64,000 nt of DNA from a virus: IMG/VR virus record IMGVR_UViG_3300025597_000012; one strand, 5' to 3'. Every line of letters begins with the position of its first letter. Position 1 is the stretch's first letter. Shown piece after piece: positions 18,652-29,528 of the stretch. The notes under the pieces are model-generated. The model was given only the letters and a program-made list of their open reading frames with translations, made no database searches and was not told the DNA's origin. A program made the translations under genes and the position numbers.

Positions 18652-19925
18652 TACGGATTCTTTTTAAATCGTGGAGAATAGAAGTTTTGTTTTTGTGTGT
18701 ATTGTATATCACCTGAACTAGGGTCAATATAATAAGGCAAATTTAATTTTTCATCCCAAAATAACTCATTTACTTGTTGAGGAACATAAGGAGAAACTAA
18801 AGACTTAGGAATAGGACTATAATCAGGAGATAATTTATTTCCATTTATATCTACATAATCAGGTACTCTATTACCAACGGTAGCATTTTCTCCCATTATT
18901 AAATTTCTTTCTACTGCAAATTTTTTAGCCTGCTTATTAGCTTCTGCTATTTGTTCTTTTGTATATCCACCAACTTGCATCTTATGTTCCTTTACAACTC
19001 CATACATAGCTACAGTATGATTAGGGCCATGTAATACAGCGGTCTTTCCTCTTTGGTCTGTTACCTTTATAGGTCTTCCAGAATCTAATCCGCGTATAAG
19101 ATTATACTGCGGTGGTAAATCAAGCGTCATACTTTGTAAAGAACTACCGTTCAATCCATTAGCTAGTTCTGTAGGTGTGCTTGCTACTCCACCCATTTGT
19201 CTTTTAGCGGGTTCTATATGCCAGTGAGGGCCAACTCCTTTTACATTTCTTTCATCAATTATTTCATAACCTTGACTTTGCATATATGCTCTTCCTTCAG
19301 GAGAAGCAAAAAAAGCATCTGTCTTAGGCTCTGTTCTAATATCGGCAGCTCTACCAGTTAAGTGAAACGAGTTCTTTGCAGAACCAGTTATCTTACTATT
19401 TTCTTGAGGTGTTCTAAGTCCACTTGTTACTGTAAAATTTCCTATTTTTGATTTAATCCCTGATAATACTCCAGTTAATTGATTAGATAATCCTTGTGAG
19501 CTAACTCCTTGTTTAAAAGATATTCCTTCTGCGCTTGGTGTTCTAGACACATTTGTATTAGGAGTTGAAGCAGGAGTTCCACTAACTTCCTCATCACTAA
19601 AAGTTATAGGCATATTATCATCATCCTGAAAAATAAAATTTAGGAAGGGGTCATTAAAATCCTTACCTATAGTTTGATTTCTTTGTAAACTTTCAAGTTG
19701 GCTAGCAAGGTCATTATATTTACCTAAAAGCTCCTGATAATTATCATCTCCAATATCTGAAGACGTTGTTTCGGCAGCCTCTTCGGTATTATTATCTTCA
19801 CTCTCTTGTTCGTCCTGTTGTGGTTGCTGTTGATTAGCTTGTAAATAACTAGCTACCTGATTAAAAAAATCAGTACTATATAAATCATTTTGACCACCAA
19901 CTTGATATTTAGATTTCTTTCTCAT
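18651..19925 (-). CDS. Virion-associated peptidoglycan hydrolase candidate; peptidase M15 (LAS/VanY-like) signature SFHLTGRAADI
   Basis: SxHxxGxAxD zinc-peptidase motif sitting inside the tail gene block. Confidence 0.6.
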   Translation of the reverse strand: MRKKSKYQVGGQNDLYSTDFFNQVASYLQANQQQPQQDEQESEDNNTEEAAETTSSDIGDDNYQELLGKYNDLASQLESLQRNQTIGKDFNDPFLNFIFQDDDNMPITFSDEEVSGTPASTPNTNVSRTPSAEGISFKQGVSSQGLSNQLTGVLSGIKSKIGNFTVTSGLRTPQENSKITGSAKNSFHLTGRAADIRTEPKTDAFFASPEGRAYMQSQGYEIIDERNVKGVGPHWHIEPAKRQMGGVASTPTELANGLNGSSLQSMTLDLPPQYNLIRGLDSGRPIKVTDQRGKTAVLHGPNHTVAMYGVVKEHKMQVGGYTKEQIAEANKQAKKFAVERNLIMGENATVGNRVPDYVDINGNKLSPDYSPIPKSLVSPYVPQQVNELFWDEKLNLPYYIDPSSGDIQYTQKQNFYSPRFKKNP

Positions 19926-22900
19926 TAACTATCCCTTTTAGTTTGGTTCTCTTGTCCAAAATTAAATATAAATTTATAGTTTGAATATTTATCGTTCTCT
20001 AATCTAATTCTAGTTTGTCGTCCAGCAATAGGCTGTTTGTAAACATCTGATTTATAATAGTTAAGAGAAGACGTATTAAGTACTTTGTTTACATTAGAAC
20101 ATTCATTTTTAATAAATGGTACATTATTTGTTTGTGATTTTACAGTATCAAAGAACTGATTAAATCTCCATTTATTATCTCTGTTTGTAACAAGTATCTT
20201 AATTTTGTTATTCTCTACTTTAGGATATTGTATACTAGCAAATAAGTCTTCCTCATTTTTAACTATAAGTTCAAGAGGGCCGCTACATTGTCTATCATTG
20301 TAAATCAATGCTTTATTAAATGTTATGTTTCTTAGATATACAGTATCATATAAATTATGGTATCTAATAACATCACAATCATATTGTACTGAATTTAAAA
20401 CTCCATTTAAAAGCATAGGTTCTGATAACAACTCTATGATAAACGGATATATTTTACCATAGTAAACTTGATAAGATTTATTAGTAAGATTATGTGACCA
20501 AAGAGAACTATGAGTTAAATTATGTTCAAGGTCATTTATACCAGACTGAGTATATTCTACATCATCCACATAAAAGTTAGGTATGAATGAATGGAAAGAT
20601 ACCCATGTCTTAGTCATAAAATTATACGAAGCAGTCCATGATTTATTACAGAAATACTTAGTATTTGTAACTCTAACTACTTGATTATCGTGTATAAATT
20701 CTTTTTGAACTGGGTCATAGATTACGCCTGCATGTATCCTTTTATAGTCAAGTTTAGTTATAAAGAATCTATTAAATCTTTTATCAAAAGAGAAGTGAAG
20801 GCCGATTCCTTTAAAGTTATTATCAATATCTTTCAAGTCAATAGCTGGAAAGTCTTTAATAATCTGGAACGGAAGATTTTCTTTAAACCAGTTTTTCATA
20901 CCTGAAGCACAAAGTTCGTCAAGACTATCTGCATTTGCTCCCATATTGAAAATCTGCCCTCTCTTAGCATCAGCCCAGATATGACCAAATTCAGTATTTA
21001 ATATATCAGAATGCTGAGAACCAGCGTATCCAAGATTTGTAGCACTAAACTGTTTAGGACGAGAAGTGAATAAGCCACCATTACTGATAGCTACCTCTTT
21101 TGCATCTAGCTTTAAGGTATCATAAGAATTAAATATCTGGGATGTATTCTCAAATCTAGCAAGTATTCTATTATTCTCAATACCATCAAGTCCAATGATT
21201 CTACCTAAAGAAGCAGGTGCATCATATAGGTCGTTTGCTTTGAACACCAACCAATTATCATAAGAGTTATCATTATAAGATTCCTGAGAATTAATAATTC
21301 TATAAGGATATACTGTCTTGCAATCTTCCACTTTTATAAAAGGTTGAGTTCCGATTACACTTTCTTTATTTTGTTTAGAATATGTTTTATTATAAAAGAA
21401 GTAATTATCTTCTGTTATAGGTACATTTTTCTCTTGAAACCAGAAATTCAAATCTTGCTGGTGAGGGTAGAAGTCTTTTTCCTTAGCGTTTTCACCGTGT
21501 CTGAAATCACAGTTGACATCAGATTCTGAAAGGAAATAAGGTATTCCGTAATTATATACGTGTATGAATCCACTTTGGTTGAATAATTTTTGTTTCTTTG
21601 CATCCAGTCTTGTATTAGCAACACCGATTAAATCTGCAAAGGATGCAAGTAATTTTGTTATATCGAATGTATTTCCCGATAGTCTATCTAATAGAGGTTC
21701 AGGAGTGTTAAAATAATAGTTAGGATAACCTACATTACCTAAATCACTATATCTTACATCAGCTTCATTGTTAAATCTGAATCTTGTTTGTAAGAAGAAA
21801 GGCATCTTTCTTTTTAAGGCAAATCTAGTTATAAAGGTATCTCCACCATATAATCCATCTTGAGATGTTGTATATGTTTTACTTAAATCAAAAGTACAAC
21901 TATTTGTTTCAAGATAAGCAATATCAGTTATAGCACCGTATTGGTCAGGTACAAAATTCTTAAGTGAAGCATAATAAGAAGATATATCTTTATATACTCT
22001 TTTATTTAAATCATCTTGTTTAAGACCTTCACTATCTAAAGTTATTCTACTTGTATCTTGAGTTATTGTAGAAGGGAATCCTATTTTAGCATTATCAAGT
22101 TTAAGATATACTGAACGCTCTCTATTCCAATTATTTACATATACATTAGTATATTGATTAGCTGTTGTATTTACAGCTTCATTTACTAATTGTATAATAG
22201 GCTCAAGATAAGCACTTCTTTCAATCTTTCTTATTTTGTTACCTGTAGAATTATTTACTAGTCTAAAATTATTATACTTACCAATAGAGTTATACTGAAT
22301 AGCAAAGTTTTTTAAAGAGATAATTGATTTGAATAAATCATTCATTATATCAATTTCCTTTAAGCTCATTACAGCTAAATAAGGTAACTGTTGGAAGAAA
22401 GCACCAGCAGGATTACCAGAAGCAAGATTTAATAATTGGAATGTTTTACCATGACAAGTATTTCTTTGTACTTCTGCTACTTGTAAACTAAGAGGGTCAA
22501 GAACACTTACAGGAAGTACAGGTAATCCTGTAAAATCTTCATATTTCATTACTCCACCGGGGTCAAGAACACTTATTGGTGCATATTGAACTCCTGGAAT
22601 TGCAGGAGCTGTAGTACCTGTACCAGCAACTAAATCAATAGCTTGTGTACTTCTTGATACAATAGTTTTACACTCTTTCTCTTTTTCAGCAGAGAAAGCA
22701 GCAGCTATACCAGCAGCAAAACTTACTAAAGTTGCAGCAGTAGATAAGAACTTATATTTAGCTTGTTCTTCAGCTTCATTGAAGTATCCTTCAGATTTAC
22801 CATATTCTTCAGTCTCAAGTTTAATCTCAGTTCCTATAAAAGGATTATTAAAATGAGTATCAGGAGAATGGAAAGTATATCTTTTAGAAGGAGCAAATGT

Positions 22901-24883
22901 ATTAGGTTTAGGACTTGAGTTATTACCAAAAGTATAAGTATTTGGATTATTACTTATAAGGTTATCAGGTCTTAAATCGTTATAAGGATAATTGGGATAA
23001 TAATATGTATTACCATGCTTGTCATACTTCCACATATCATAGAGCAATCCTTTGGCAACAATAGATTTATTACCTACACGATTACCTCTTACAATACGAT
23101 ATTCTGTTATTTCATCTCTTTCTTCTTGAGTTATAATACCATCTATAACTGCTTGAGTAAGAGCTGCTTTTACAGAATTATGGTCAACTCTAAGACCAAT
23201 AGGATATATAATATTAAGGTCAAAGTAAGACTTAGCACCATTTAACCCATCGTGAATATGTGTTACACGACTGTCTGGGAATTTGTGGTGTCTAATAGGT
23301 TTACCACAAAGGTCACCCCATACTTCAGGGTCATTAGGATATGTTCTGGTTGATTCCCAGTATGAGAATTCACCATACTCCCAAGTACCATCAGATTCAC
23401 AATTAGGAATACTTTCGTGTGGTGTTCCTATAACTGTAGCTGTATTGTATACTTGCCAAAGTTTATTTCTTGTAAGACCACTACAAGTAGTATCTTCTAA
23501 TACATCATTATTAGATACAGTAGCATCTACGTTAATACCATAAGTATTAAGAAATCTCGCTTTACTAGGGCCGGGAATATGGAAAGGCCCAAGTTCTTCA
23601 CCTGTGCCTTTTACAAAAATAATAGCAAAAGGATATACCTCATCTCTTTGGTATCCTCTGAATAAAAATGAATATTTAGGGTCTTTATATATAGTTTCTG
23701 GTACAGCAATAGTCTTCCAGTAAAGAGATACATTATTAGCTACTCTTTGTAGATTAGGTTTACTGAACTCCTCTAAGTCACTGAAAAACAGAATGTTATT
23801 GGAATCAGCAATACCTCCAGCAGTTTTATAAAAAGCACTTTTCGAAAAAACATCTTCAGCAGTAAGGTTTAATAATCCTTGCTCATTACCCGAATAAGTA
23901 ATAAATTTTTGTACAGTCGGGAAAGTTCCTACAAGTTTAAATGAAGTAAAATTGTTTATTGTTTCAGCTACTATTAAATTATAATAGTCATATACTTTAG
24001 GTTCATTTAGATTACTGATTACTAATGAAATAGCTTTGTCAGTTCTGTAATCAGTATCTATAGTAATTTCTTTTGAAAAAATAGGTATTGGATTTGTAGC
24101 AGGAAAAGCATCGCTAAAAGCATTTCCTTTAACATCAGAATATTGTATAATAAACTGATAAGTACCTGCCTGTAAACTACCTCCATAAACTACCTCTGCA
24201 AAATCAATACAAGGCTTGCTTATAAGAGGATGGTAGTTTAGCTTATTACAATCAAGCTCATCTGAATATATAGGTTCGTGACAAGCATCGTTAGTATATC
24301 CAATAATCTTCTTAAAATATTGATTTATAACAAGTTGATTTGATGCATTATAATCAAAGTATAAGAATCTTCTCTGGTTTAATTTATCGGTAAAATAGAT
24401 ATTTAAACTACAATCAGTTATTTTATATCTGATTTTTACAGGATAATTTATATTAAAATTTAAACACTTATTGCTAATGATTGTACGATATACACAATAA
24501 GGTTCTTGAGTTGTTTGTTCTAAAGGAGTAGTTTCTTTTTGTGTTACACAATCTATACAACTACCCATAAGTTTATCATCCTTATTATCATCATAGGGAC
24601 ATTCAATAACTTCACCAAATTCAGAATCTCCTGTTATTGTATTTAAAAGAGCATATATTGTTCTATTTTGCTCATGTATTTTTCTTTTACCTATTACTAC
24701 ATAATTTAAAGGAAAATTTATAGCTAAAATATTACTACCTTCATTTTGAATAGACAATAAGTTTCCTTCCTGTGAATTAGATTCTACAGAACCATTTAAC
24801 ATAAAAGGATATGATGTACCATCTAGATTAGATGGAACTATATCCTTTATCATGCCTTTTCTTGGAACACTGTTAGTTATCAT
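19925..24883 (-). CDS. Large tail protein, 1652 aa, Cys-containing (receptor-binding or baseplate candidate)
   Basis: Long intact ORF coupled to its neighbours. Confidence 0.75.
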   Translation of the reverse strand: MITNSVPRKGMIKDIVPSNLDGTSYPFMLNGSVESNSQEGNLLSIQNEGSNILAINFPLNYVVIGKRKIHEQNRTIYALLNTITGDSEFGEVIECPYDDNKDDKLMGSCIDCVTQKETTPLEQTTQEPYCVYRTIISNKCLNFNINYPVKIRYKITDCSLNIYFTDKLNQRRFLYFDYNASNQLVINQYFKKIIGYTNDACHEPIYSDELDCNKLNYHPLISKPCIDFAEVVYGGSLQAGTYQFIIQYSDVKGNAFSDAFPATNPIPIFSKEITIDTDYRTDKAISLVISNLNEPKVYDYYNLIVAETINNFTSFKLVGTFPTVQKFITYSGNEQGLLNLTAEDVFSKSAFYKTAGGIADSNNILFFSDLEEFSKPNLQRVANNVSLYWKTIAVPETIYKDPKYSFLFRGYQRDEVYPFAIIFVKGTGEELGPFHIPGPSKARFLNTYGINVDATVSNNDVLEDTTCSGLTRNKLWQVYNTATVIGTPHESIPNCESDGTWEYGEFSYWESTRTYPNDPEVWGDLCGKPIRHHKFPDSRVTHIHDGLNGAKSYFDLNIIYPIGLRVDHNSVKAALTQAVIDGIITQEERDEITEYRIVRGNRVGNKSIVAKGLLYDMWKYDKHGNTYYYPNYPYNDLRPDNLISNNPNTYTFGNNSSPKPNTFAPSKRYTFHSPDTHFNNPFIGTEIKLETEEYGKSEGYFNEAEEQAKYKFLSTAATLVSFAAGIAAAFSAEKEKECKTIVSRSTQAIDLVAGTGTTAPAIPGVQYAPISVLDPGGVMKYEDFTGLPVLPVSVLDPLSLQVAEVQRNTCHGKTFQLLNLASGNPAGAFFQQLPYLAVMSLKEIDIMNDLFKSIISLKNFAIQYNSIGKYNNFRLVNNSTGNKIRKIERSAYLEPIIQLVNEAVNTTANQYTNVYVNNWNRERSVYLKLDNAKIGFPSTITQDTSRITLDSEGLKQDDLNKRVYKDISSYYASLKNFVPDQYGAITDIAYLETNSCTFDLSKTYTTSQDGLYGGDTFITRFALKRKMPFFLQTRFRFNNEADVRYSDLGNVGYPNYYFNTPEPLLDRLSGNTFDITKLLASFADLIGVANTRLDAKKQKLFNQSGFIHVYNYGIPYFLSESDVNCDFRHGENAKEKDFYPHQQDLNFWFQEKNVPITEDNYFFYNKTYSKQNKESVIGTQPFIKVEDCKTVYPYRIINSQESYNDNSYDNWLVFKANDLYDAPASLGRIIGLDGIENNRILARFENTSQIFNSYDTLKLDAKEVAISNGGLFTSRPKQFSATNLGYAGSQHSDILNTEFGHIWADAKRGQIFNMGANADSLDELCASGMKNWFKENLPFQIIKDFPAIDLKDIDNNFKGIGLHFSFDKRFNRFFITKLDYKRIHAGVIYDPVQKEFIHDNQVVRVTNTKYFCNKSWTASYNFMTKTWVSFHSFIPNFYVDDVEYTQSGINDLEHNLTHSSLWSHNLTNKSYQVYYGKIYPFIIELLSEPMLLNGVLNSVQYDCDVIRYHNLYDTVYLRNITFNKALIYNDRQCSGPLELIVKNEEDLFASIQYPKVENNKIKILVTNRDNKWRFNQFFDTVKSQTNNVPFIKNECSNVNKVLNTSSLNYYKSDVYKQPIAGRQTRIRLENDKYSNYKFIFNFGQENQTKRDS

Positions 24884-24884
24884 A

Positions 24885-25775
24885 TTATACTTGCTGTGCT
24901 ATAACTTTTACTATATTTGAACTTCTTTGTCTTCTTACTGTATTTATCATATTTTGGAAAGAAGGAAGTCTGTTTATAAATTTGGCTTCTGCAAAATACT
25001 TATTATATTCAGCTTCTGCAAGCTGCCAACGATTTTGTAAATCAGGAACTTCCCCATTGATAAACCACTTTAGCATCAACTGGTAGATTATGTACCATTC
25101 TATAGTTTTTTCTACTTCCTTAATATCAGGAATTAAAGGTACACCATTTTCATCTTTAGCAAGTTCATAGTATTTTATATATACACAATCTTTATTAAAA
25201 TTTGTAAGTAAAAAACCATCATCTATAGTAATCTCAAATGGAGAAGTACCTAAGATATTTTGACAGTCATCTGTACACTTATTTCTTTTTACATTAGGGC
25301 TAAGAGAAAGTAATATAGGACTTGTAAAATTCATTATTACATTCTCTTCTTTTACATACTGTCTTACAGTTATTCTTTCAAGTATTTTATTATCTGAATT
25401 TGCAACACAATTAATATCACAATTTTTTCCAGAATCTAATACTTCCCATGTTACATCGTTATATACAGAAATAGGATTTCCTTGTTGATGAACAAAATCT
25501 TTTCCTTCAAAAACAGGAGTTACTTTATATGCAGCATAAAGTATTGAAAAATTTGCAGGTAGAGGAGCTTTAAAATTATTTACATTTAAAACAGCATCAC
25601 TTTCTTTATACACACCTACACCTAAACTTCTTAATACTTCATTTATATAAATAGGAAATTCACCTTCATCAATTAAGTTTGCAGCATTGTATGAAGATAA
25701 AAATCTTTTTACTTTAGAATACATCTCAGATGCACTCTTAAAAACATTATTACTATCAGGATTAATTATAGACAT
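24885..25775 (-). CDS. Hypothetical structural protein
   Basis: ORF in an operon with the tail genes. Confidence 0.55.
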   Translation of the reverse strand: MSIINPDSNNVFKSASEMYSKVKRFLSSYNAANLIDEGEFPIYINEVLRSLGVGVYKESDAVLNVNNFKAPLPANFSILYAAYKVTPVFEGKDFVHQQGNPISVYNDVTWEVLDSGKNCDINCVANSDNKILERITVRQYVKEENVIMNFTSPILLSLSPNVKRNKCTDDCQNILGTSPFEITIDDGFLLTNFNKDCVYIKYYELAKDENGVPLIPDIKEVEKTIEWYIIYQLMLKWFINGEVPDLQNRWQLAEAEYNKYFAEAKFINRLPSFQNMINTVRRQRSSNIVKVIAQQV

Positions 25776-25777
25776 TA

Positions 25778-26287
25778 TTAGTCTTTTTTGTATATTTTAT
25801 TAAATCTTCTCTCCATTTTCGTTGAACTCCAAAGGTCTGTATTTTCCCAAGTGAAATATTTTTTACCATCTTTAATACTCTTAGCCACACCTCTTTTAAG
25901 TATTCTATAAGGAACAAATTTATAGATATGTTTGTTAGCACAAATCATTCCTATTCTAAACCATTTTATATGATGTACAAAACCAAAAGAATGTAAATTA
26001 AGAAGTGGTATTTTCTTTTGAAACTTTATAGAGTTAATCCAGTCTGTAGGTACTTTTTTAGATTTATATTTTGTAACAATTACATTTCCTAAATTTTCCG
26101 GTAATTTAATTCCTGCCTCTTCCTCTATAACAGAATTTCTCATTATAGTATTGGTAGTTTTTATTATATTACAGAAAGTTTCATAGTCTATATTTATAAA
26201 AGTTTCATCTATAAACTGCTTATAGAGTTTCTTTCCTAATGGATTATGACGATTTCCTACTGTTAATTTTGAACCTTTTGAGGGCAT
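25778..26287 (-). CDS. Hypothetical protein
   Basis: ORF only. Confidence 0.5.
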   Translation of the reverse strand: MPSKGSKLTVGNRHNPLGKKLYKQFIDETFINIDYETFCNIIKTTNTIMRNSVIEEEAGIKLPENLGNVIVTKYKSKKVPTDWINSIKFQKKIPLLNLHSFGFVHHIKWFRIGMICANKHIYKFVPYRILKRGVAKSIKDGKKYFTWENTDLWSSTKMERRFNKIYKKD

Positions 26288-26955
26288 TACTTATTACTTT
26301 GGTTTGGATTTGTATCTTCTACTATTGCTTTATAAGTTCTTGCAAACTCGATAATTGTGTCTTTTTTAACAGGGTCTAAAAGATGTTCAGGACATGGAAA
26401 ATATTGGTCTAATGGTTTAGCACAATCAGCTCCTTTTTCTTCATTTAATTTGTCAACTTCTTCTGGTCTCTCAAAAAGTCCTTGTATACTAACTGCCTCT
26501 ACTTCTGAATCAGGTATATAAACATATTGGTCATCTATCCAAAAATACTTTACAGAAGGGTCAATAATTTCTCTATTTTTTATATCTTTATACTCACTAA
26601 AGCTTACCTGCTTATACTCTTTACTTCCATCTATGGTAAATACTTTTACAATGCTTCCGTAATTGCTATCAAAACTCTGTGGTATTCTTTTTGTGGATTT
26701 CATAAAACATTGACAATGAGGTATATCGAATCCACACTCCATAGGGTCATACGACTTCATATGAAGGCATTTGATTCTTTTCCAGATATTCGTTATTTTA
26801 AATAATCTTCTGGAGTCTAAATCTTGTTTTATCATATTACGAGCCTTATCTTTAGCACGGGATAAAACCAGTCTATTACTGATTCTATCATCAATATTCA
26901 TGCTGCGTAGTTGCCCTATAATATCTGATACTAATTGTCTGTTTGTTAATTCCAT
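26287..26955 (-). CDS. Hypothetical protein
   Basis: ORF only. Confidence 0.5.
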   Translation of the reverse strand: MELTNRQLVSDIIGQLRSMNIDDRISNRLVLSRAKDKARNMIKQDLDSRRLFKITNIWKRIKCLHMKSYDPMECGFDIPHCQCFMKSTKRIPQSFDSNYGSIVKVFTIDGSKEYKQVSFSEYKDIKNREIIDPSVKYFWIDDQYVYIPDSEVEAVSIQGLFERPEEVDKLNEEKGADCAKPLDQYFPCPEHLLDPVKKDTIIEFARTYKAIVEDTNPNQSNK

Positions 26956-26973
26956 TGAATTTGATTATTCCGG

Positions 26974-27384
26974 TTAGCGGTTATTAATTATATAGCTAAG
27001 TGCTTTTTCTAATGAAACAACAGAATCTTTAAAATAACCAAGTCCAGTATTGCAATTAGAACATAAAAGACCTCTTACTTTACCTGTTGAATGACAATGA
27101 TCTACACTTAATTTATTTTTTAAATGTGTTTGATGAATACCACAAATAGCACAACTACCATTTTGCATAGTAAACATATCATTGTATTCTGCCATTGTAA
27201 TACCGTATTTATGCTTATAAGCATCTTTCCTTTGTCTTTCTTTTTCTTTATTTCTTCTATGTGCTAAATCTTTTTCAAAACAACTATTACATTTATGGAA
27301 GGGCATATTTGTTTCTGGATGCTTATCAAAAAAGTCTGCACTTTTGTACGTCTCACATTTAAAACAATAAAACTTGTCTTCCAT
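26974..27384 (-). CDS. Recombination endonuclease VII (Holliday-junction resolvase; His-Me finger)
   Basis: CAICG…LSVDHCHSTGKVRGLLCSNCN matches the T4 gp49 endonuclease VII signature. Confidence 0.75.
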   Translation of the reverse strand: MEDKFYCFKCETYKSADFFDKHPETNMPFHKCNSCFEKDLAHRRNKEKERQRKDAYKHKYGITMAEYNDMFTMQNGSCAICGIHQTHLKNKLSVDHCHSTGKVRGLLCSNCNTGLGYFKDSVVSLEKALSYIINNR

Positions 27385-27484
27385 ATTAATTAAATAAAGT
27401 TATTTTGAATAGAGCTTTTTAGCGGATTCTCCGCTAAGGTACGAAAAATTAGGCACATACAGAAATGAGTAACCATAATTAATT

Positions 27485-27512
27485 AAAAAAGCCCCATCTA
27501 AAAAGATGAGGC
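27485..27512 (-). terminator. Intrinsic terminator downstream of the phosphoesterase gene
   Basis: GCCUCAUC…GAUGGGGC hairpin then U6. Confidence 0.5.
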
Positions 27513-27543
27513 TTACCTGCAAAGTCCCTGTCCGAATCGGGGA

Positions 27544-28815
27544 TTATATCGTGTATGTATATTCTGCTATTAGTCCTTCTTCAGGATGGAATAAGAAGGC
27601 TTTTGCTTGCTTAAGGCTAGCATATCCTTTTCCGGCATGCCAAGCATCGGTTCCACTTAAAGATGGCATAATTTGAATCTGGAAGCCCGGATGCGTGTCC
27701 ACAGATACGAAGTTTGTCTTCTTCTGTTTATGGAAGTGTCCAAGTTGACAGAATCTATACTTAGTACCTGCCCATAAAATAGGCTGCTCTGTGGCAAAAA
27801 TAAGCCCTAAATCAAGGTGTTTTTCACGGTCACCGTGTGTAAACTGGAAACCGTTTTTACCGTATTTGTAATACTTTCTAAGTTTAGGGGCATTATTAAC
27901 GGAGACATTAGGATTCTTGGAATACCAAGCATCTAAGATTTCTCCTATAAGGAATGTAACTGTTGTGTCGTGGTTACCCGGAACAATGAGAACATCAACC
28001 GGGGCTATAAGACTAAGTTCATCAATAGTTTCTATAAGAACCCTTTTTACAGTGGTTACTATTTTATGGAAACGTGTGTCTGCGTCTTGGGGTGTACCAG
28101 CAAAAGTCGTATTTACAATATTATCTACGTGTACCAAGTCATTACCTACAGGGAACAAAATCTTGCGTACAAGCTTGAGATTCACTCTTTTAAGTAGTTC
28201 TCTAAGTGCTGTTTTAAATCTTTTCTCAGCTATTTTAAGGTCGTAATCTTCACCTGTTTCATTCTTATGAGCAAGTTTACCAAAGTGAATATCAAATAAG
28301 CTGATTTCAAGGAGAGATTCTCTATCTTGTTCCTGATTATAGTCTATAGCTTCATAGATAGGAGCATGTTTCTTTAACTCACTGATAATCAATTCCTTCT
28401 GTTTACCAAGGTCAGTATCAAGTTTTCTACGCTCAAGTTTAGCTTTTACTTGGAATAAAGGTTCTACTGTAATAGTTCCATCATCAAGTTTTGCACCAAC
28501 CTCCCATTTGTTACATTCCCATCTTACTATATTCCACTCTTCAGTATCAATATTACATACTCTGATAAGGTCTTCAAGAGTAACAATTCTTTCTTTTACA
28601 AGACTTGTTATTTCAGTAATATCACCTTTAGCTACAAATTGTGATTTTGTTGCTTCATTTTCTACTAAGCCACTTTCTCTGAGTCTTCTATAAATTCTTC
28701 TAATAGTCTCAGTAGGCACTCCAAAATGATTAGCTGCTTTTGCATAGCAGTTGTTTTTTGAACGGTCTACAGGATTTTTTAAAAGATATTCTTTTATTTC
28801 TCTATTTTTTATCAT
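27544..28815 (-). CDS. Calcineurin-like metallophosphoesterase with N-terminal HTH
   Basis: Motifs GNDLVHVD, VPGNHD and LGHFHK; N-terminal helix-turn-helix (VPTETIRRIYRRLRESGLV). Confidence 0.7.
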   Translation of the reverse strand: MIKNREIKEYLLKNPVDRSKNNCYAKAANHFGVPTETIRRIYRRLRESGLVENEATKSQFVAKGDITEITSLVKERIVTLEDLIRVCNIDTEEWNIVRWECNKWEVGAKLDDGTITVEPLFQVKAKLERRKLDTDLGKQKELIISELKKHAPIYEAIDYNQEQDRESLLEISLFDIHFGKLAHKNETGEDYDLKIAEKRFKTALRELLKRVNLKLVRKILFPVGNDLVHVDNIVNTTFAGTPQDADTRFHKIVTTVKRVLIETIDELSLIAPVDVLIVPGNHDTTVTFLIGEILDAWYSKNPNVSVNNAPKLRKYYKYGKNGFQFTHGDREKHLDLGLIFATEQPILWAGTKYRFCQLGHFHKQKKTNFVSVDTHPGFQIQIMPSLSGTDAWHAGKGYASLKQAKAFLFHPEEGLIAEYTYTI

Positions 28816-29213
28816 AAGTTTTTATTTAAAATTACCCAAATAATAGTAGCTATTACAAAGAAAATACTCTTTTTAAAAGCACCATGCTTTCCAAATATTT
28901 TAATAAATATCTTATCAAACAAAGCTGTACTTCCTAAGTAAGTTACTGACAAGCCTGCCCACTTATTAAAAGCAATATCAAAAACTGCTAATCTAATAAG
29001 TAATGATGTTATTGGTACCTGCCAATATTGATGTGAATAATAAGCAAGTACTCCTGTAAATAAAGCGGCTAGTGCTACACCATCTCTATGCCATCTTTTA
29101 ATCCTCTTAAAATCAAGAGCATCAGCCGTATTTTTATCTTTGAGAAGAAAAGATGTTGCGTCTTTTCCTGCTAAAAATAAAGTAAAAATTAAAAGTAATA
29201 AGCCTTCTGTCAT
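28812..29213 (-). CDS. Membrane protein
   Basis: Several hydrophobic segments. Confidence 0.45.
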   Translation of the reverse strand: MTEGLLLLIFTLFLAGKDATSFLLKDKNTADALDFKRIKRWHRDGVALAALFTGVLAYYSHQYWQVPITSLLIRLAVFDIAFNKWAGLSVTYLGSTALFDKIFIKIFGKHGAFKKSIFFVIATIIWVILNKNL

Positions 29214-29473
29214 TATGCTTTGTAATAATCAATAGCTATTGCTATAAGAGAAACTATCCATAGAACGATTGCTACATAAGCTAATTTTGTTGTATCAAGT
29301 TTCCAAAAGGAAATATTCTCTTTGGATTCATGTACACCAAGAACATCGTTAGTATAAGAACCAGATTTTGAAGCTTTAAAAGACTGATATAAAAATATAC
29401 CAGTTATTAATGCAAAAACAGCAGATACACCTAAAGTGAGTCCACCAGTTTTAAAAAGATTAAGTAATGTCAT
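29213..29473 (-). CDS. Small membrane protein (2 TM)
   Basis: Two hydrophobic helices. Confidence 0.45.
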   Translation of the reverse strand: MTLLNLFKTGGLTLGVSAVFALITGIFLYQSFKASKSGSYTNDVLGVHESKENISFWKLDTTKLAYVAIVLWIVSLIAIAIDYYKA

Positions 29474-29490
29474 ATTTTGAGTTTTAAATT

Positions 29491-29520
29491 AAAAAAGAAA
29501 AGGGTAGGGAAACCCTACCC
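29491..29520 (-). terminator. Intrinsic terminator (perfect 8-bp GGGUAGGG/CCCUACCC stem then U-rich tract)
   Basis: Hairpin plus T-run on the minus strand. Confidence 0.6.
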
Positions 29521-29528
29521 TTAATCAC

